The notes: a model not told the origin generated them from the letters alone. Shown: positions 39,178-47,726, counted from the stretch's first letter. The stretch is DNA of 64,000 bases from Acidimicrobiia bacterium (GCA_020846855.1 JADLDD010000047.1:10909-74908); one strand, 5' to 3'. Made by a program: numbers and translations.

Positions 39178-39255
39178 TGGTCGGGATGCCGGGATTTGAA
39201 CCCGGGACCTCAGCGTCCCGAACGCTGCGCGCTAACCAAGCTGCGCCACATCCCG
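39178..39255 (-). tRNA. tRNA-Pro: tRNA-Pro (anticodon CGG), CCA encoded
   Basis: Minus strand: CGGGATG-TG-GCGC-AGCTTGGTTA-GCGC-G-CAGCG-TTCGGGA-CGCTG-AGGTC-CCGGG-TTCAAAT-CCCGG-CATCCCG-A-CCA. Full cloverleaf; anticodon loop is TT-CGG-GA. Confidence 0.93.
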
Positions 39256-39269
39256 AAGGGATCCCGATC

Positions 39270-39647
39270 CTAGTGGACGGGTGTGCCGATCATCCGCCTG
39301 GCCTCACGCCGGAGGACCCCCGCGTCGACGGGCTTCAGCAGCATGGCGTCGACGTCGGAGCGGCGGCCGAGGAAGTTGTCGGCGAAGCGGTCGAGGAGCA
39401 GGAGGATCGGTACGCGGGGCAGGCGGCCGGCCCCCTCTTCCAGGCGCAGGTCGAGGGCCACCGCGGGCCCGCCCATGTTGCCGATCTGCATGTCGAGGAC
39501 CACGAGATCGGGCCCGTGCTCGGCGACCGCGGCCCTGACGGCCGCGCCGTCGTCGACGGTGAGCACGGCGTCGTCGGCGCCGGCGAACGCGAACGCGAGC
39601 TGGTCGCGGAGGTACGAGGCGTCGGCGGCGACGAGGATGGTGGCCAC
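39270..39647 (-). CDS. Stand-alone response-regulator receiver (CheY-like) domain protein
   Basis: ORF 39270-39647 (GTG start). ILVAADAS, DLVVLDMQIGNMGG (phospho-acceptor Asp), AMLLKP. Lies 11 nt downstream of the ArsA genes. Confidence 0.75.
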   Translation of the reverse strand: MATILVAADASYLRDQLAFAFAGADDAVLTVDDGAAVRAAVAEHGPDLVVLDMQIGNMGGPAVALDLRLEEGAGRLPRVPILLLLDRFADNFLGRRSDVDAMLLKPVDAGVLRREARRMIGTPVH

Positions 39648-39658
39648 GGACGGCGAGG

Positions 39659-40837
39659 CTACCCCGAGAAGAGGACCCGCCCCACCTCGGCCAGGGAGTC
39701 GAAGTCGTGCACGTCGCGGTCGAGGTACGGCACGAAGGCCACGGGCGCCCCGCCGATGCGCTCCCTCACGCCCTCCAGGTGGTCGCGCTCGGCGCGGGCG
39801 ATGCTCCTGAGGTCGGCGAGGTTGCGGTACGCGGCCGCGAGGCGGGCCGCGGCCCGGCGCCGCCCGGCCGGCCCGGACGCCGAGAGCGCGTCGAGGGTCT
39901 CGGCGCGGGCCCGCAGGCCCTCCGGCTGCTCCACGCCGAACGGCGGGTGGACCCGGTTCACCACCACGGCGGCCACCCCGCGGTCGGTCTCGGTCAGGCG
40001 CTCGGCGAAGTAGTGGGCCTCGTCGATGGCGTCCCGCCGCGGCGACGTGACCAGGACGAAGCGGGTGTGGGGATCCGACAGCAGGGCGAGCACCACGGCG
40101 GCGCGTTCCCGGAAGCCGTCCTCCATGCCCTCGAAGGCCCGCAGGAACGCCACGACGTCGTCGATCACCTCGGAGCCCACGACCCTCGCGACGATCCGCA
40201 GGAAGCGCTGCACCCCGGCGCTGACCGCCTTCATGTAGGCGCGGGTGGGCATCATGAGCAGCCGGAAGATCCGGTTGTCGAGCAGGCGCGTGATCCGGTT
40301 CGGTGCGTCGAGGAAGTCGAGGGCGTGCCGGGTGGGGGGCGTGTCGACCACGATCAGGTCGTAGGCCCCCTCCTCGTGCAGCTCGTGGAGCTTCTCCATC
40401 GCCATGTACTCCTGCGTGCCCGACAGCGCGCCGGCGACGTTTCGGTAGAACCGGTTCTCGAGGATGCGCTGGGCCTGCTCGGGGGTCTCGGCGTAGCGGG
40501 TGACCAGGTGGTCGAACGTCGACTCGGTGTCGAGCATGAGCGCGGACAGGCGCCCGGGCCCGCCGTCGGAGGGCGCGCGCGGCGCGCTCGCCGCGCCCCA
40601 GAGGGCGCGGTCGATCTCGTGCGGAGTGTCTGACAACGTGTCGAGGCCGAGCGCGTTGGCGAGCCGCTTGGCCGGATCGATCGTCACGACCAAGGCGTTC
40701 CGGCCCCGCCGCGCGCCCTCCACCGCCAGGACCGCGGCGGTGGTGGTCTTGCCGACGCCGCCGCTGCCGGCGCAGATCACCACGTGACCCGAGCGCACGA
40801 TCTGCTCCAGCGCTTCCACCGGGGCGTCGGCCGTCAT
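39659..40837 (-). CDS. ArsA/Get3-like P-loop ATPase (second of a pair)
   Basis: Lower part of ORF 39659-42160. ATG 40837 overlaps the upstream stop (ATGA). ICAGSGGVGKTTTAAVLA, VVTIDPAKRL, LIVVDTPPT. Confidence 0.85.
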   Translation of the reverse strand: MTADAPVEALEQIVRSGHVVICAGSGGVGKTTTAAVLAVEGARRGRNALVVTIDPAKRLANALGLDTLSDTPHEIDRALWGAASAPRAPSDGGPGRLSALMLDTESTFDHLVTRYAETPEQAQRILENRFYRNVAGALSGTQEYMAMEKLHELHEEGAYDLIVVDTPPTRHALDFLDAPNRITRLLDNRIFRLLMMPTRAYMKAVSAGVQRFLRIVARVVGSEVIDDVVAFLRAFEGMEDGFRERAAVVLALLSDPHTRFVLVTSPRRDAIDEAHYFAERLTETDRGVAAVVVNRVHPPFGVEQPEGLRARAETLDALSASGPAGRRRAAARLAAAYRNLADLRSIARAERDHLEGVRERIGGAPVAFVPYLDRDVHDFDSLAEVGRVLFSG

Positions 40838-41787
40838 CCCGGCACCGGCGTGAGGGTCCCGACGCCGGCCTCCAGCGCGTCGGCGAGTAGCTCGACGTCG
40901 GCGGTCCGCAGCCCGGCGGCGAACACGAACGGCAGCCGGATCTGGGGGAGGGGGAGCCGGTCGGCGAGTCGTTCGATCTGCGCGGCCTGTATCGCCCCCC
41001 GCCGGGAGCGGAACGCCGCCGCCGCGGCGAGGTCGTCGGCCTCGCGGTCGGATACGAACACGTCGGCGGCCGCGGCCAGCTCTTGGATCTCGGCGGGGCT
41101 CGTGGGGAGGTCCGTCTCGGGATAGCACCCGTTGACCAGGACCGGGCCGAGCGATACGCCGGCCCGGTCCTCGATCGCGTAGGCCGTCTCCACCAGTTCG
41201 TTTACGGGCGTCTCCTCCGGCACGGTGACCAGCAGGACCCGGCAGCGGGCCGGGTCGTGCAGCATCTCGACCACCTCGGCGGCCTGCTTGCGGATGGGGC
41301 CGGCGTGGACGGCGTCGAGGAGGCCCTGGGGCGAGAGGAGGAAGCTCACCGCGTGGCCGGCGGCCGGGGCGTCGATGATCACGAGGTCGGCCGTGCCGTC
41401 CTGCTCGAGCTGCTTCACCTTGCCGAGGAGCAGGATGTCCTTCATGCCGGGCACCGCCGTGGCCACCACCTCGAGGGCGCCCGTGCGGGCCAGGCGGCGG
41501 GAGATCCTCGACAGGCCGTGGTCCTCCAGGTATTCGACCAGCGCTTCGTCGGGGGTCAGGAAGCGGGCCGTGATCCCGGGGTGGAGCTCGATCTCGTGGT
41601 AGCCGAGCTCGGGCTTGCCGAAGGCCGACGCGAGCCCCGATTTGCCCTCGACCTCCACGACCAGCACGCTCAACCCCGCCCGGGCCGCCATCACCGCGAG
41701 GGCGGCGGTGACCGTGGTCTTCCCGACCCCGCCCTTGCCGGCCACCACGACGACACGGGATGCGGAGCAGAAGGCCCGGGCGTCCAT
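40834..41787 (-). CDS. ArsA/Get3-like P-loop ATPase (first of a pair)
   Basis: ORF 40834-41787. VVAGKGGVGKTTVTAALA, LVIIDAPAAGH. Confidence 0.85.
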   Translation of the reverse strand: MDARAFCSASRVVVVAGKGGVGKTTVTAALAVMAARAGLSVLVVEVEGKSGLASAFGKPELGYHEIELHPGITARFLTPDEALVEYLEDHGLSRISRRLARTGALEVVATAVPGMKDILLLGKVKQLEQDGTADLVIIDAPAAGHAVSFLLSPQGLLDAVHAGPIRKQAAEVVEMLHDPARCRVLLVTVPEETPVNELVETAYAIEDRAGVSLGPVLVNGCYPETDLPTSPAEIQELAAAADVFVSDREADDLAAAAAFRSRRGAIQAAQIERLADRLPLPQIRLPFVFAAGLRTADVELLADALEAGVGTLTPVPG

Positions 41788-41801
41788 GGATCCACCATGC
41801 T

Positions 41802-43286
41802 ATGGGAGCACTGATGCCGCGCCGCGCTCGTCTGGTCCTCGCTGCCGCCCTGCTCCTGTCCGCGTCGTTCGCCGGCGCGGTAGGGACCGCGGGCGCCGGC
41901 ACCCCGGACCGGTCCGGGATCAGGGCGTCGGGCCGGAGAGGGATCGTCGTCGTCCAGGTCGAGGGGCTGCTCGATCCCCCGAACGAGCGCCTGGTGCGCG
42001 AGTCGCTGCGCGACGCCAACCGGCGCCGGGCGACCCTGGTCGTGATCCAGCTCAACTCGCCGGGAGCGCTCGACGTCGACGTCGACGGCCTGGTCTCCGA
42101 GATCCGCGACAGCCGGGTTCCCGTCGCGGTCTGGGTCGGCCCTTCCGGAGCGCAGGCCAAGGGGGCGGCGGTGCTGTTGCTCCAGGCCGCTTCCGTCGCG
42201 TCGGTGGCCCAGGGCGCGACGATCGGTCCCGCCTATCCCGTGCGTCTCGACGAACCGGGCGCGATGAGTCGCGACGAGGTGCGCACGCGCCTCGACCGGC
42301 TGGCCCTCTTCGGGGAGAGACGCCCGGCGGGGGCGCTCACCGACGAGCGCCTCGGGGCGGTGGCCGCGGGGCGCCGTGGCTACGTGGACCTCGTGAAGCC
42401 GATCATCGGCGAGGTGATCGTCTCGCTCCACCGCCGGGCCGTGCGCACACCGACCGGCTACGTGAGGCTGTCCACCGCGAAGGTCGTGGGCGAGGGCACC
42501 TCGCTGCGGCGCACCCCGAACCAGGAGGTGCGCTTCCGTGAGCTCGACCTCGGTGGGACCGTGGTGCACAAGCTCACCAGCCCGTCGATCAGCTACCTGC
42601 TCCTCGTCGCCGGGATGCTGCTGATCGTCTTCGAGCTCTACATGGCCTCGATCGGCCTGGCCGGCCTCGCGGGTGCCCTGGCCCTGGTCGGCGCGGCGGT
42701 GGGGCTGTCGCACCTTCCGGTGGCCGGGTGGGCGCTGGCGCTGATCGGCCTGGGCGTGTTCGGGTTCACCGTCGACGTGCAGGCGGGCCGCGTGGGGGTG
42801 TGGACCTTCGCCGGGGCCGCCGCGCTCGTCGGCGGTTCGTTGGGTCTGTTCGGGGGTTCCCCGGCCCTCGACCCCCCGTGGTGGGAGCTGGCCGGGGTCT
42901 GGGTGGGGGTGGTGGTGTTCATGCGCCTGGCCATGACCGCGGCGCTGCGCTCCCGCTTCTCGTCGCCGGTGATCGACCGTGAGGGCCTGGTCGGCGCCGA
43001 GGGTGCCGCCGAGGGCGACGTCCACCCCGCCGGTTCCGGTGGTCCCGGTGGCCCGGGTGGTCCCGGTGGCCGGGGTGACCAGGGTGGTCCGGGTGACCAG
43101 CGTGGCGTCGGTGGCGTGGTGTTGGTCGACGGAGCCCGGTGGCCCGCCCGCGCCCGGGGGGACCGGACCGTCGCCTCCTCCCGCCGGGTGCGGATCGTGG
43201 GCGTCGACGGCATCGTGGTCGAGGTCACGGAGGTCGGGAGCGACGGCGACCCCGGACCGGGCCCGGGCCCCGCGACCGGTGGATGA
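41802..43286 (+). CDS. NfeD-family membrane-bound ClpP-class serine protease
   Basis: Part of ORF 41760-43286. Start at ATG 41802 or 41814. Signal/TM, then a ClpP/SppA-like domain (VVIQLNSPGA...AKGAAVLLL), 4-5 TM helices, and a C-terminal OB-fold NfeD domain (GVVLVDGARWPAR...VRIVGVDGIVVEV). Confidence 0.8.
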   Translation: MGALMPRRARLVLAAALLLSASFAGAVGTAGAGTPDRSGIRASGRRGIVVVQVEGLLDPPNERLVRESLRDANRRRATLVVIQLNSPGALDVDVDGLVSEIRDSRVPVAVWVGPSGAQAKGAAVLLLQAASVASVAQGATIGPAYPVRLDEPGAMSRDEVRTRLDRLALFGERRPAGALTDERLGAVAAGRRGYVDLVKPIIGEVIVSLHRRAVRTPTGYVRLSTAKVVGEGTSLRRTPNQEVRFRELDLGGTVVHKLTSPSISYLLLVAGMLLIVFELYMASIGLAGLAGALALVGAAVGLSHLPVAGWALALIGLGVFGFTVDVQAGRVGVWTFAGAAALVGGSLGLFGGSPALDPPWWELAGVWVGVVVFMRLAMTAALRSRFSSPVIDREGLVGAEGAAEGDVHPAGSGGPGGPGGPGGRGDQGGPGDQRGVGGVVLVDGARWPARARGDRTVASSRRVRIVGVDGIVVEVTEVGSDGDPGPGPGPATGG

Positions 43287-43289
43287 CCC

Positions 43290-43319
43290 CTTGTACCGCC
43301 CCGGGGGGGCGCGGTATAC
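43290..43319 (+). promoter_or_regulatory. Candidate promoter TTGTAC-N18-TATACC upstream of the whiB-family gene
   Basis: -35 at 43290-43295, -10 at 43314-43319. The spacer contains the inverted repeat CGCCCC/GGGGCG. Confidence 0.35.
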
Positions 43320-43352
43320 CGTCGGAGGACGACAGACCGGGGGGAATGCATC

Positions 43353-43616
43353 GTGTCGGTACGAACGCTCGACGAGCGATGGCAGGTCCGTGCGGCGTGC
43401 CGGGGCCCCGCCTCGGCGCTCTTCTTCCCGCCCAGCGTCAGCGAACGCCGCGACGAGCGGGAGCAACGGGAGGCGCGAGCCAAGGCGATCTGCGCGACCT
43501 GTCCCGTTCGCGGGGAGTGCCTCGAGCACGCGCTGCGCGTGCGTGAGCTCCACGGGATCTGGGGCGGGATGAACGAGGCCGAGCGCCGAGCCCGGCTCGG
43601 GTTGCAGCCGAGCTAG
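43353..43616 (+). CDS. whiB: WhiB-family (Wbl) Fe-S transcriptional regulator
   Basis: ORF 43353-43616. Four Cys in the pattern C-x(n)-C-x2-C-x5-C (AACRG...AICATCPVRGEC), followed by GIWGG. Confidence 0.92.
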   Translation: MSVRTLDERWQVRAACRGPASALFFPPSVSERRDEREQREARAKAICATCPVRGECLEHALRVRELHGIWGGMNEAERRARLGLQPS

Positions 43617-43652
43617 CCGGAGCCCGGCCCGCGGCGAGACCCTGGTGCGCGC

Positions 43653-45431
43653 CTAGGTCCCGGCGGCCGGGCCTGCCCGGCGCTCGTCGCCGTGGCGCCG
43701 GGTCACGCCTTCGGCGTCGAGGCGGGCCAGCAGCGGGAGCGTGTACTTGCGGGTGGTGCCGAAGAGGTCGCGCGCCTCGGCGACGGTGAGGCTCCCCCGC
43801 TCGCGGAGCGCGTGTCGCACCAGCGACCGGGCCGTGTCGACGGCGCCGGCGGAGAAGAACGTCCCGCCCACCTCCACCGCCACGCCCTCCCGGGCCAGCG
43901 CCTTGGCGAGTCCGATGTCGTCGGGGTCCGGCGGGTTGAACGGCGACGCTTCCAGCGCGGCCAGGAGGTCGCGGCCCGCCGGGGTCTCCGACGCCGACGC
44001 GCGGGGCGAGGCCGGGGCGACCACGCCCCCCGCCACCGTGAGGTCGCTCGCTCGCGCGAGGGCCGTCCGCATGGCCTCGACGGTGATCCCGTGGGCGGTC
44101 GCGAGCTCGGGCAGCGGGAGGCCGGGTTCATGGGGGTGGGCCCGGCGGTGCTCGGCGACGGCGGCCCGGGCGGAGTCGAGCAGCCGGTCGACGACGTCCG
44201 GGTCGACGAAGTGCGTTCCCACCCGGACCGCGCCGGCGCCGGTGAGGAGCGCCTCCATGTCGGGACGAGCCCTCCCGCCCAGCCGCTCCAGCTCTTCGGC
44301 GGCGATCCAGCCGTGGGAGGCGAGCAGGCGCTCGCCCGGCGACCGCCCGAGGTTGCGGGCCGCCTCGGCGGCACGGGCCGTGGGGGCGACGTCGAGCACC
44401 TCCGCGCCGCCCAGCGTGACCTGACGCCCGGCGTCGCGCACGACCATCCGGTCCCCGGGGGCGAGCGGCAGCGGCACGGGTAGGTGGATCCGGGCGAAGG
44501 CCGGCGCCGCGAGGTCCGCGTCATGCGGAAGCACCCGCAGCCGGACCCGGTGCGAACCCGAGCCGACGTGGAGGTGGACGGTGCCCCGGCGGGGCAGAGC
44601 GTCGACATCGACACCCGTGAGCCGGACGTCGACGGTCGACGTGAGCAGCCAGGCGCCCGGAGTCACCAGGGCGTGACCCCGGCGGAGGGCCCGGTGGTCG
44701 ACCCCGGCCAGGTTCACGGCCACCCTCGATCCGGGCCACCCGCGGTCGCGCCGGCGCCGGTGCGTCTCCACGCCCCGGACCCGCCCGGTGAGGCCCGCGG
44801 GCTCGACGGCGACGACGTCGCCGGCCGCGAGGGCGCCCCCGGTCAGGGTGCCGGTGACGATCGTGCCCGCACCCGGGGCGGCGAACACCCGGTCCGCCCA
44901 CAGCCGCACCCGGCCGTCGGCCCGCGGGGGAGGGGCCGACGCCAGCACGGCGTCGAGGGTGGTCCGCACGTCGGCGATCCCCTCACCCGAGCGCGAGTCG
45001 CAGGTGACGACCGGGGCGCCTTCGAGCGCGGTCCCGGCGAGGCGTTCCTCCACCTCGAGCAGCGCGAGCTCCAGCGTGTCGGTGTCGACGAGCCCGGCCT
45101 TGGTGACGGCGACCATCCCGTGCCGGGCCCCCACCAGGCCGAGGATCCGGAGGTGCTCCTCGCTCTGGGGCATCCAGCCGTCGGTGGCCGCCACCACCAG
45201 CACGGCCACGTCGACGGCACCCACCCCGGCGAGCATGTTCCCGATGAAGCGGACGTGGCCGGGAACGTCGACGAACCCGACCTCGCGGCCGGAGGGGAGC
45301 ACGGTGTGGGCGAAGCCGAGGTCGATGGTCAGGCCCCGGCGCCTCTCCTCGGCGAAGCGGTCCGGATCCTGACCGGTCAGAGCGCGGACCAGCGACGACT
45401 TGCCGTGGTCGACGTGGCCGGCGGTCGCCAC
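43653..45431 (-). CDS. selB: Selenocysteine-specific translation elongation factor
   Basis: Lower part of ORF 43653-46016. Start at GVG... GTG 45431 (VATAGHVDHGKSSL; compare E. coli MIIATAGHVDHGKT), or TTG 45458, which overlaps the selA stop. DVPGH, TKAG. C-terminal winged-helix region ending FGTTRKYTLPLLARLDAEGVTRRHGDER. Confidence 0.85.
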   Translation of the reverse strand: MATAGHVDHGKSSLVRALTGQDPDRFAEERRRGLTIDLGFAHTVLPSGREVGFVDVPGHVRFIGNMLAGVGAVDVAVLVVAATDGWMPQSEEHLRILGLVGARHGMVAVTKAGLVDTDTLELALLEVEERLAGTALEGAPVVTCDSRSGEGIADVRTTLDAVLASAPPPRADGRVRLWADRVFAAPGAGTIVTGTLTGGALAAGDVVAVEPAGLTGRVRGVETHRRRRDRGWPGSRVAVNLAGVDHRALRRGHALVTPGAWLLTSTVDVRLTGVDVDALPRRGTVHLHVGSGSHRVRLRVLPHDADLAAPAFARIHLPVPLPLAPGDRMVVRDAGRQVTLGGAEVLDVAPTARAAEAARNLGRSPGERLLASHGWIAAEELERLGGRARPDMEALLTGAGAVRVGTHFVDPDVVDRLLDSARAAVAEHRRAHPHEPGLPLPELATAHGITVEAMRTALARASDLTVAGGVVAPASPRASASETPAGRDLLAALEASPFNPPDPDDIGLAKALAREGVAVEVGGTFFSAGAVDTARSLVRHALRERGSLTVAEARDLFGTTRKYTLPLLARLDAEGVTRRHGDERRAGPAAGT

Positions 45432-45454
45432 CGCCCGGGCGGGCGGTGCCTCGC

Positions 45455-46792
45455 TCAAGGGACCGTGGCCGCGGCGACCAGCGCCTCGGCGAGCCGATCG
45501 TCGTCGGACGGATCCACGGTGCGCAGGTCGCAGACGACCGATCCGCCGGCGGCGCGGGCCACGATGCGCCCCGCGCGCAGGGACGCGAGGGCGGCACCGG
45601 CCCGGGCGTCGCCGACCGGCAGCGCCACCGCGGCCGAGGGGATCGTCCGCCCGGGGAGGGAGCCGCCTCCTATCACGGCTTCCGTGTCGGCCACCTTGGC
45701 GCCCGGCACCCGGGCCGCCAGCGCCTCGGCGCGGGCCCGCAGATCGTCGAGCGGCGCGGTGGCCATCCGCCAGATCGGGAGCTCGGCGGCCCGACCGTCG
45801 AGGTAGGTGTTGGCGACGGCCTGGAGCGCGGCCAGGGAGAGCTTCCCCGGGCGCACGGCCCGGGCCAGCGGGTGCCGGGCCAGGCGCGCCACGACGTCGG
45901 TCCGTCCCACGATCACCCCGGCCTGGGGGCCACCGAGCAGCTTGTCGCCGGAGAACGTCACCAGCGTCGCCCCGGCATCGAGGCACTGGCGGACCCCCGG
46001 CTCGTCGCCCAGCCATCCCGGTCGGTGCCCGAGCCAGGGGGTGTCGGCGTCGAGGAGGCCCGACCCGGCGTCGACGACGAGCGGCGGGCCGAGCGTGGCC
46101 AGGTCGGGCAGCGACGCCGACTCCACGAACCCGACCATCCGGTAGTTCGACGGGTGCACCCGGAGCACGAGCGCCGTGGCCGCCGTCAGGGCGTGCTCGT
46201 AGTCGTACCGGCGGGTGCGGTTGGTGGTTCCGACCTCGACGAGGCGCGCCCCCGACTCCGCCATCACGTCGGGGATCCGGAAGCCGCCCCCGATCTCGAC
46301 CAGTTCGCCGCGCGACACCACGACCACGCGACCTCGCGCCAGCACCGAGAGCACCCGCAGCACCGCGGCCGCGTTGTGGTTGACGACGAGACCGGCCTCG
46401 GCGCCGCAGGCCCGGGCCAGCAACGCCCCGGCGTGGTCGTGGCGCGAACCACGGCGGCCCTCGTCGAGCCGGTACTCGAGGTTGGAGTAGCCCGAGGCCA
46501 CCTCGGCGGCGGCGGCCAGCGCGTCGCCGGGAAGCGGTGACCGCCCGAGGTTCGTGTGGACGATCACCCCGGTGGCGTTCACCACCCGGCCGAGGAGGGC
46601 GTGGCGGGCGGCGTCGACGCGCGCCCGGGCGGCGGCCACCACGGCGTCGGGGTCCACGGGCCGTCCGGCGGAGGCGTCGGCGCGGGCTTCGTCGACGGCG
46701 GCGCGTGCCGCGTCGGCGAGGAGCCGGTGCGGAAGGCCGTCGAGAGCGGCTACCACCCGGTCGACGGGAGGGACGGCACGGCGTGGATCCAC
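45455..46792 (-). CDS. selA: L-seryl-tRNA(Sec) selenium transferase
   Basis: Lower part of ORF 45455-47002. GTG 46792 lies 7 nt downstream of a TAGGCT box. PPVDRVV..., VNATGVIVHTNLGRS, NLEYRLDEGRRGSR, VNHNAAAV, FSGDKLLGGPQAG (PLP Lys). Confidence 0.88.
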   Translation of the reverse strand: MDPRRAVPPVDRVVAALDGLPHRLLADAARAAVDEARADASAGRPVDPDAVVAAARARVDAARHALLGRVVNATGVIVHTNLGRSPLPGDALAAAAEVASGYSNLEYRLDEGRRGSRHDHAGALLARACGAEAGLVVNHNAAAVLRVLSVLARGRVVVVSRGELVEIGGGFRIPDVMAESGARLVEVGTTNRTRRYDYEHALTAATALVLRVHPSNYRMVGFVESASLPDLATLGPPLVVDAGSGLLDADTPWLGHRPGWLGDEPGVRQCLDAGATLVTFSGDKLLGGPQAGVIVGRTDVVARLARHPLARAVRPGKLSLAALQAVANTYLDGRAAELPIWRMATAPLDDLRARAEALAARVPGAKVADTEAVIGGGSLPGRTIPSAAVALPVGDARAGAALASLRAGRIVARAAGGSVVCDLRTVDPSDDDRLAEALVAAATVP

Positions 46793-46799
46793 CGCCCCG

Positions 46800-46805
46800 A
46801 GCCTA
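46800..46805 (-). promoter_or_regulatory. -10 box TAGGCT, 7 nt upstream of the selA GTG (leaderless-type)
   Basis: Minus strand: TAGGCT-cggggcg-GTG(46792). Confidence 0.4.
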
Positions 46806-46840
46806 CGGTGGTCACGGGCCGGGCCGCGCGCCCGGAGCCG

Positions 46841-46846
46841 TAGACT
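46841..46846 (+). promoter_or_regulatory. -10 box TAGACT, 6 nt upstream of the ATG at 46853
   Basis: TAGACT-gggggc-ATG. Mirror image of the selA -10 box; together they form the inverted repeat CTACGG...CCGTAG (46803-46843). Confidence 0.35.
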
Positions 46847-46852
46847 GGGGGC

Positions 46853-46891
46853 ATGTCCTCCGGCGCCCACCGTGGTTCGAGACCGTGGTGA
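46853..46891 (+). CDS. Possible leaderless 12-codon upstream ORF (MSSGAHRGSRPW*) ahead of the MBL hydrolase gene
   Basis: ATG sits at leaderless distance from the TAGACT box. The stop lies 10 nt before GTG 46902. Encloses the hairpin CACCGTGG-TTCGAGA-CCGTGGTG. Purely positional evidence. Confidence 0.2.
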   Translation: MSSGAHRGSRPW

Positions 46892-46901
46892 GGCACGCCC
46901 G

Positions 46902-47726
46902 GTGACGGCCTTCACGCCCGGTGTGCCGAGCGCCCTGTCCCCACTCGTGCGGCGGATCGTGGCGCCGAATCCCAGCCCCATGACCGGCCCGGGGACCAAC
47001 ACCTACCTGGTCGGCATCGACGAGGTGGCCGTCATCGACCCCGGCCCCGAAGTCGAGTCGCACGTCGACGCCATCATCGGGGCCTCGATGCGGGAACGGG
47101 TCCGGTGGGTCCTGCTCACCCATTCCCACCCCGACCACGCGCCCGCGACCACCAGGCTCGTGGAGGCCACCGGGGCCGAGGTGCTCGCCTTCTCGCGCCG
47201 CGACGCCGGGGTCGCCGTCGACCGGGCCCTCGCCGACGGCGACGTGGTCGAGGGCACGGAGTTCCGCCTGGAGGCCCTGCACACGCCCGGGCACTCGCCC
47301 GACCACCTCTGCTTCCACCTCGACGAGGAGCGGCTGCTCTTCACCGGCGACCTGGTCCTGGGGGGCACCTACTCCGTGGTGTCGCCGCACGGGGGCGGCG
47401 ACATGGGCGCCTACCTGGCCTCCCTCCGCCGGCTCCGCCGCATGCGGCTGGCCCGGATCGCTCCCGGCCACGGCGACGTCGTCGACGACCCCCGCGACCG
47501 CCTCGACGACTACATCCGCCACCGCGAGGACCGGGAGCGTCAGATCCTCGCCGTCCTCGACGACGGCCCGGCGCGCATCCCCGAGATCGTGGAGCGCATC
47601 TACACCGACACCCCGGCCGCGCTGCTGGAGGTCGCGGGGATGCAGGTACTGGCGCACCTGGTGAAGCTGCGGAGCGAGGGGCGCGCCGCGGGCCGCGACC
47701 AGCGGTCGATCTGGAAGGCCGCCTGA
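46902..47726 (+). CDS. MBL-fold metallo-hydrolase
   Basis: Part of ORF 46554-47726, from GTG 46902. NTYLVG, LLTHSHPDHA (HxHxDH), HTPGHSPDH, APGHG. Confidence 0.85.
   Translation: MTAFTPGVPSALSPLVRRIVAPNPSPMTGPGTNTYLVGIDEVAVIDPGPEVESHVDAIIGASMRERVRWVLLTHSHPDHAPATTRLVEATGAEVLAFSRRDAGVAVDRALADGDVVEGTEFRLEALHTPGHSPDHLCFHLDEERLLFTGDLVLGGTYSVVSPHGGGDMGAYLASLRRLRRMRLARIAPGHGDVVDDPRDRLDDYIRHREDRERQILAVLDDGPARIPEIVERIYTDTPAALLEVAGMQVLAHLVKLRSEGRAAGRDQRSIWKAA

Noticed and set aside
39063-39260. tRNA-Pro as the attachment site of a genomic island.
   Set aside because: No integrase, no direct repeat of the tRNA 3' end, and no compositional or functional break on either side. The flanks are a UbiB kinase and a receiver/ArsA operon that looks ancestral.
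43020-43115. Gly-Pro-rich repeat (GSGGPGGPGGPGGRGDQGGPGDQRG) in the NfeD protein, as a collagen-like or RGD adhesion motif.
   Set aside because: It is a short low-complexity linker between the TM region and the OB-fold domain. Such linkers are common in high-GC proteins, and there is no regular G-X-Y register over a meaningful length.
46862-46893. tRNA-like T-arm (GGTTCGAGACC) next to selA; I considered a tRNA-Sec (selC) in the selA/MBL gap.
   Set aside because: No UCA anticodon loop preceded by U on either strand. The putative T-stem needs two G-U pairs. No complementary 8-bp acceptor stem, D-arm or long variable arm can be drawn within 46793-46901. A leader hairpin or micro-ORF explains it better.
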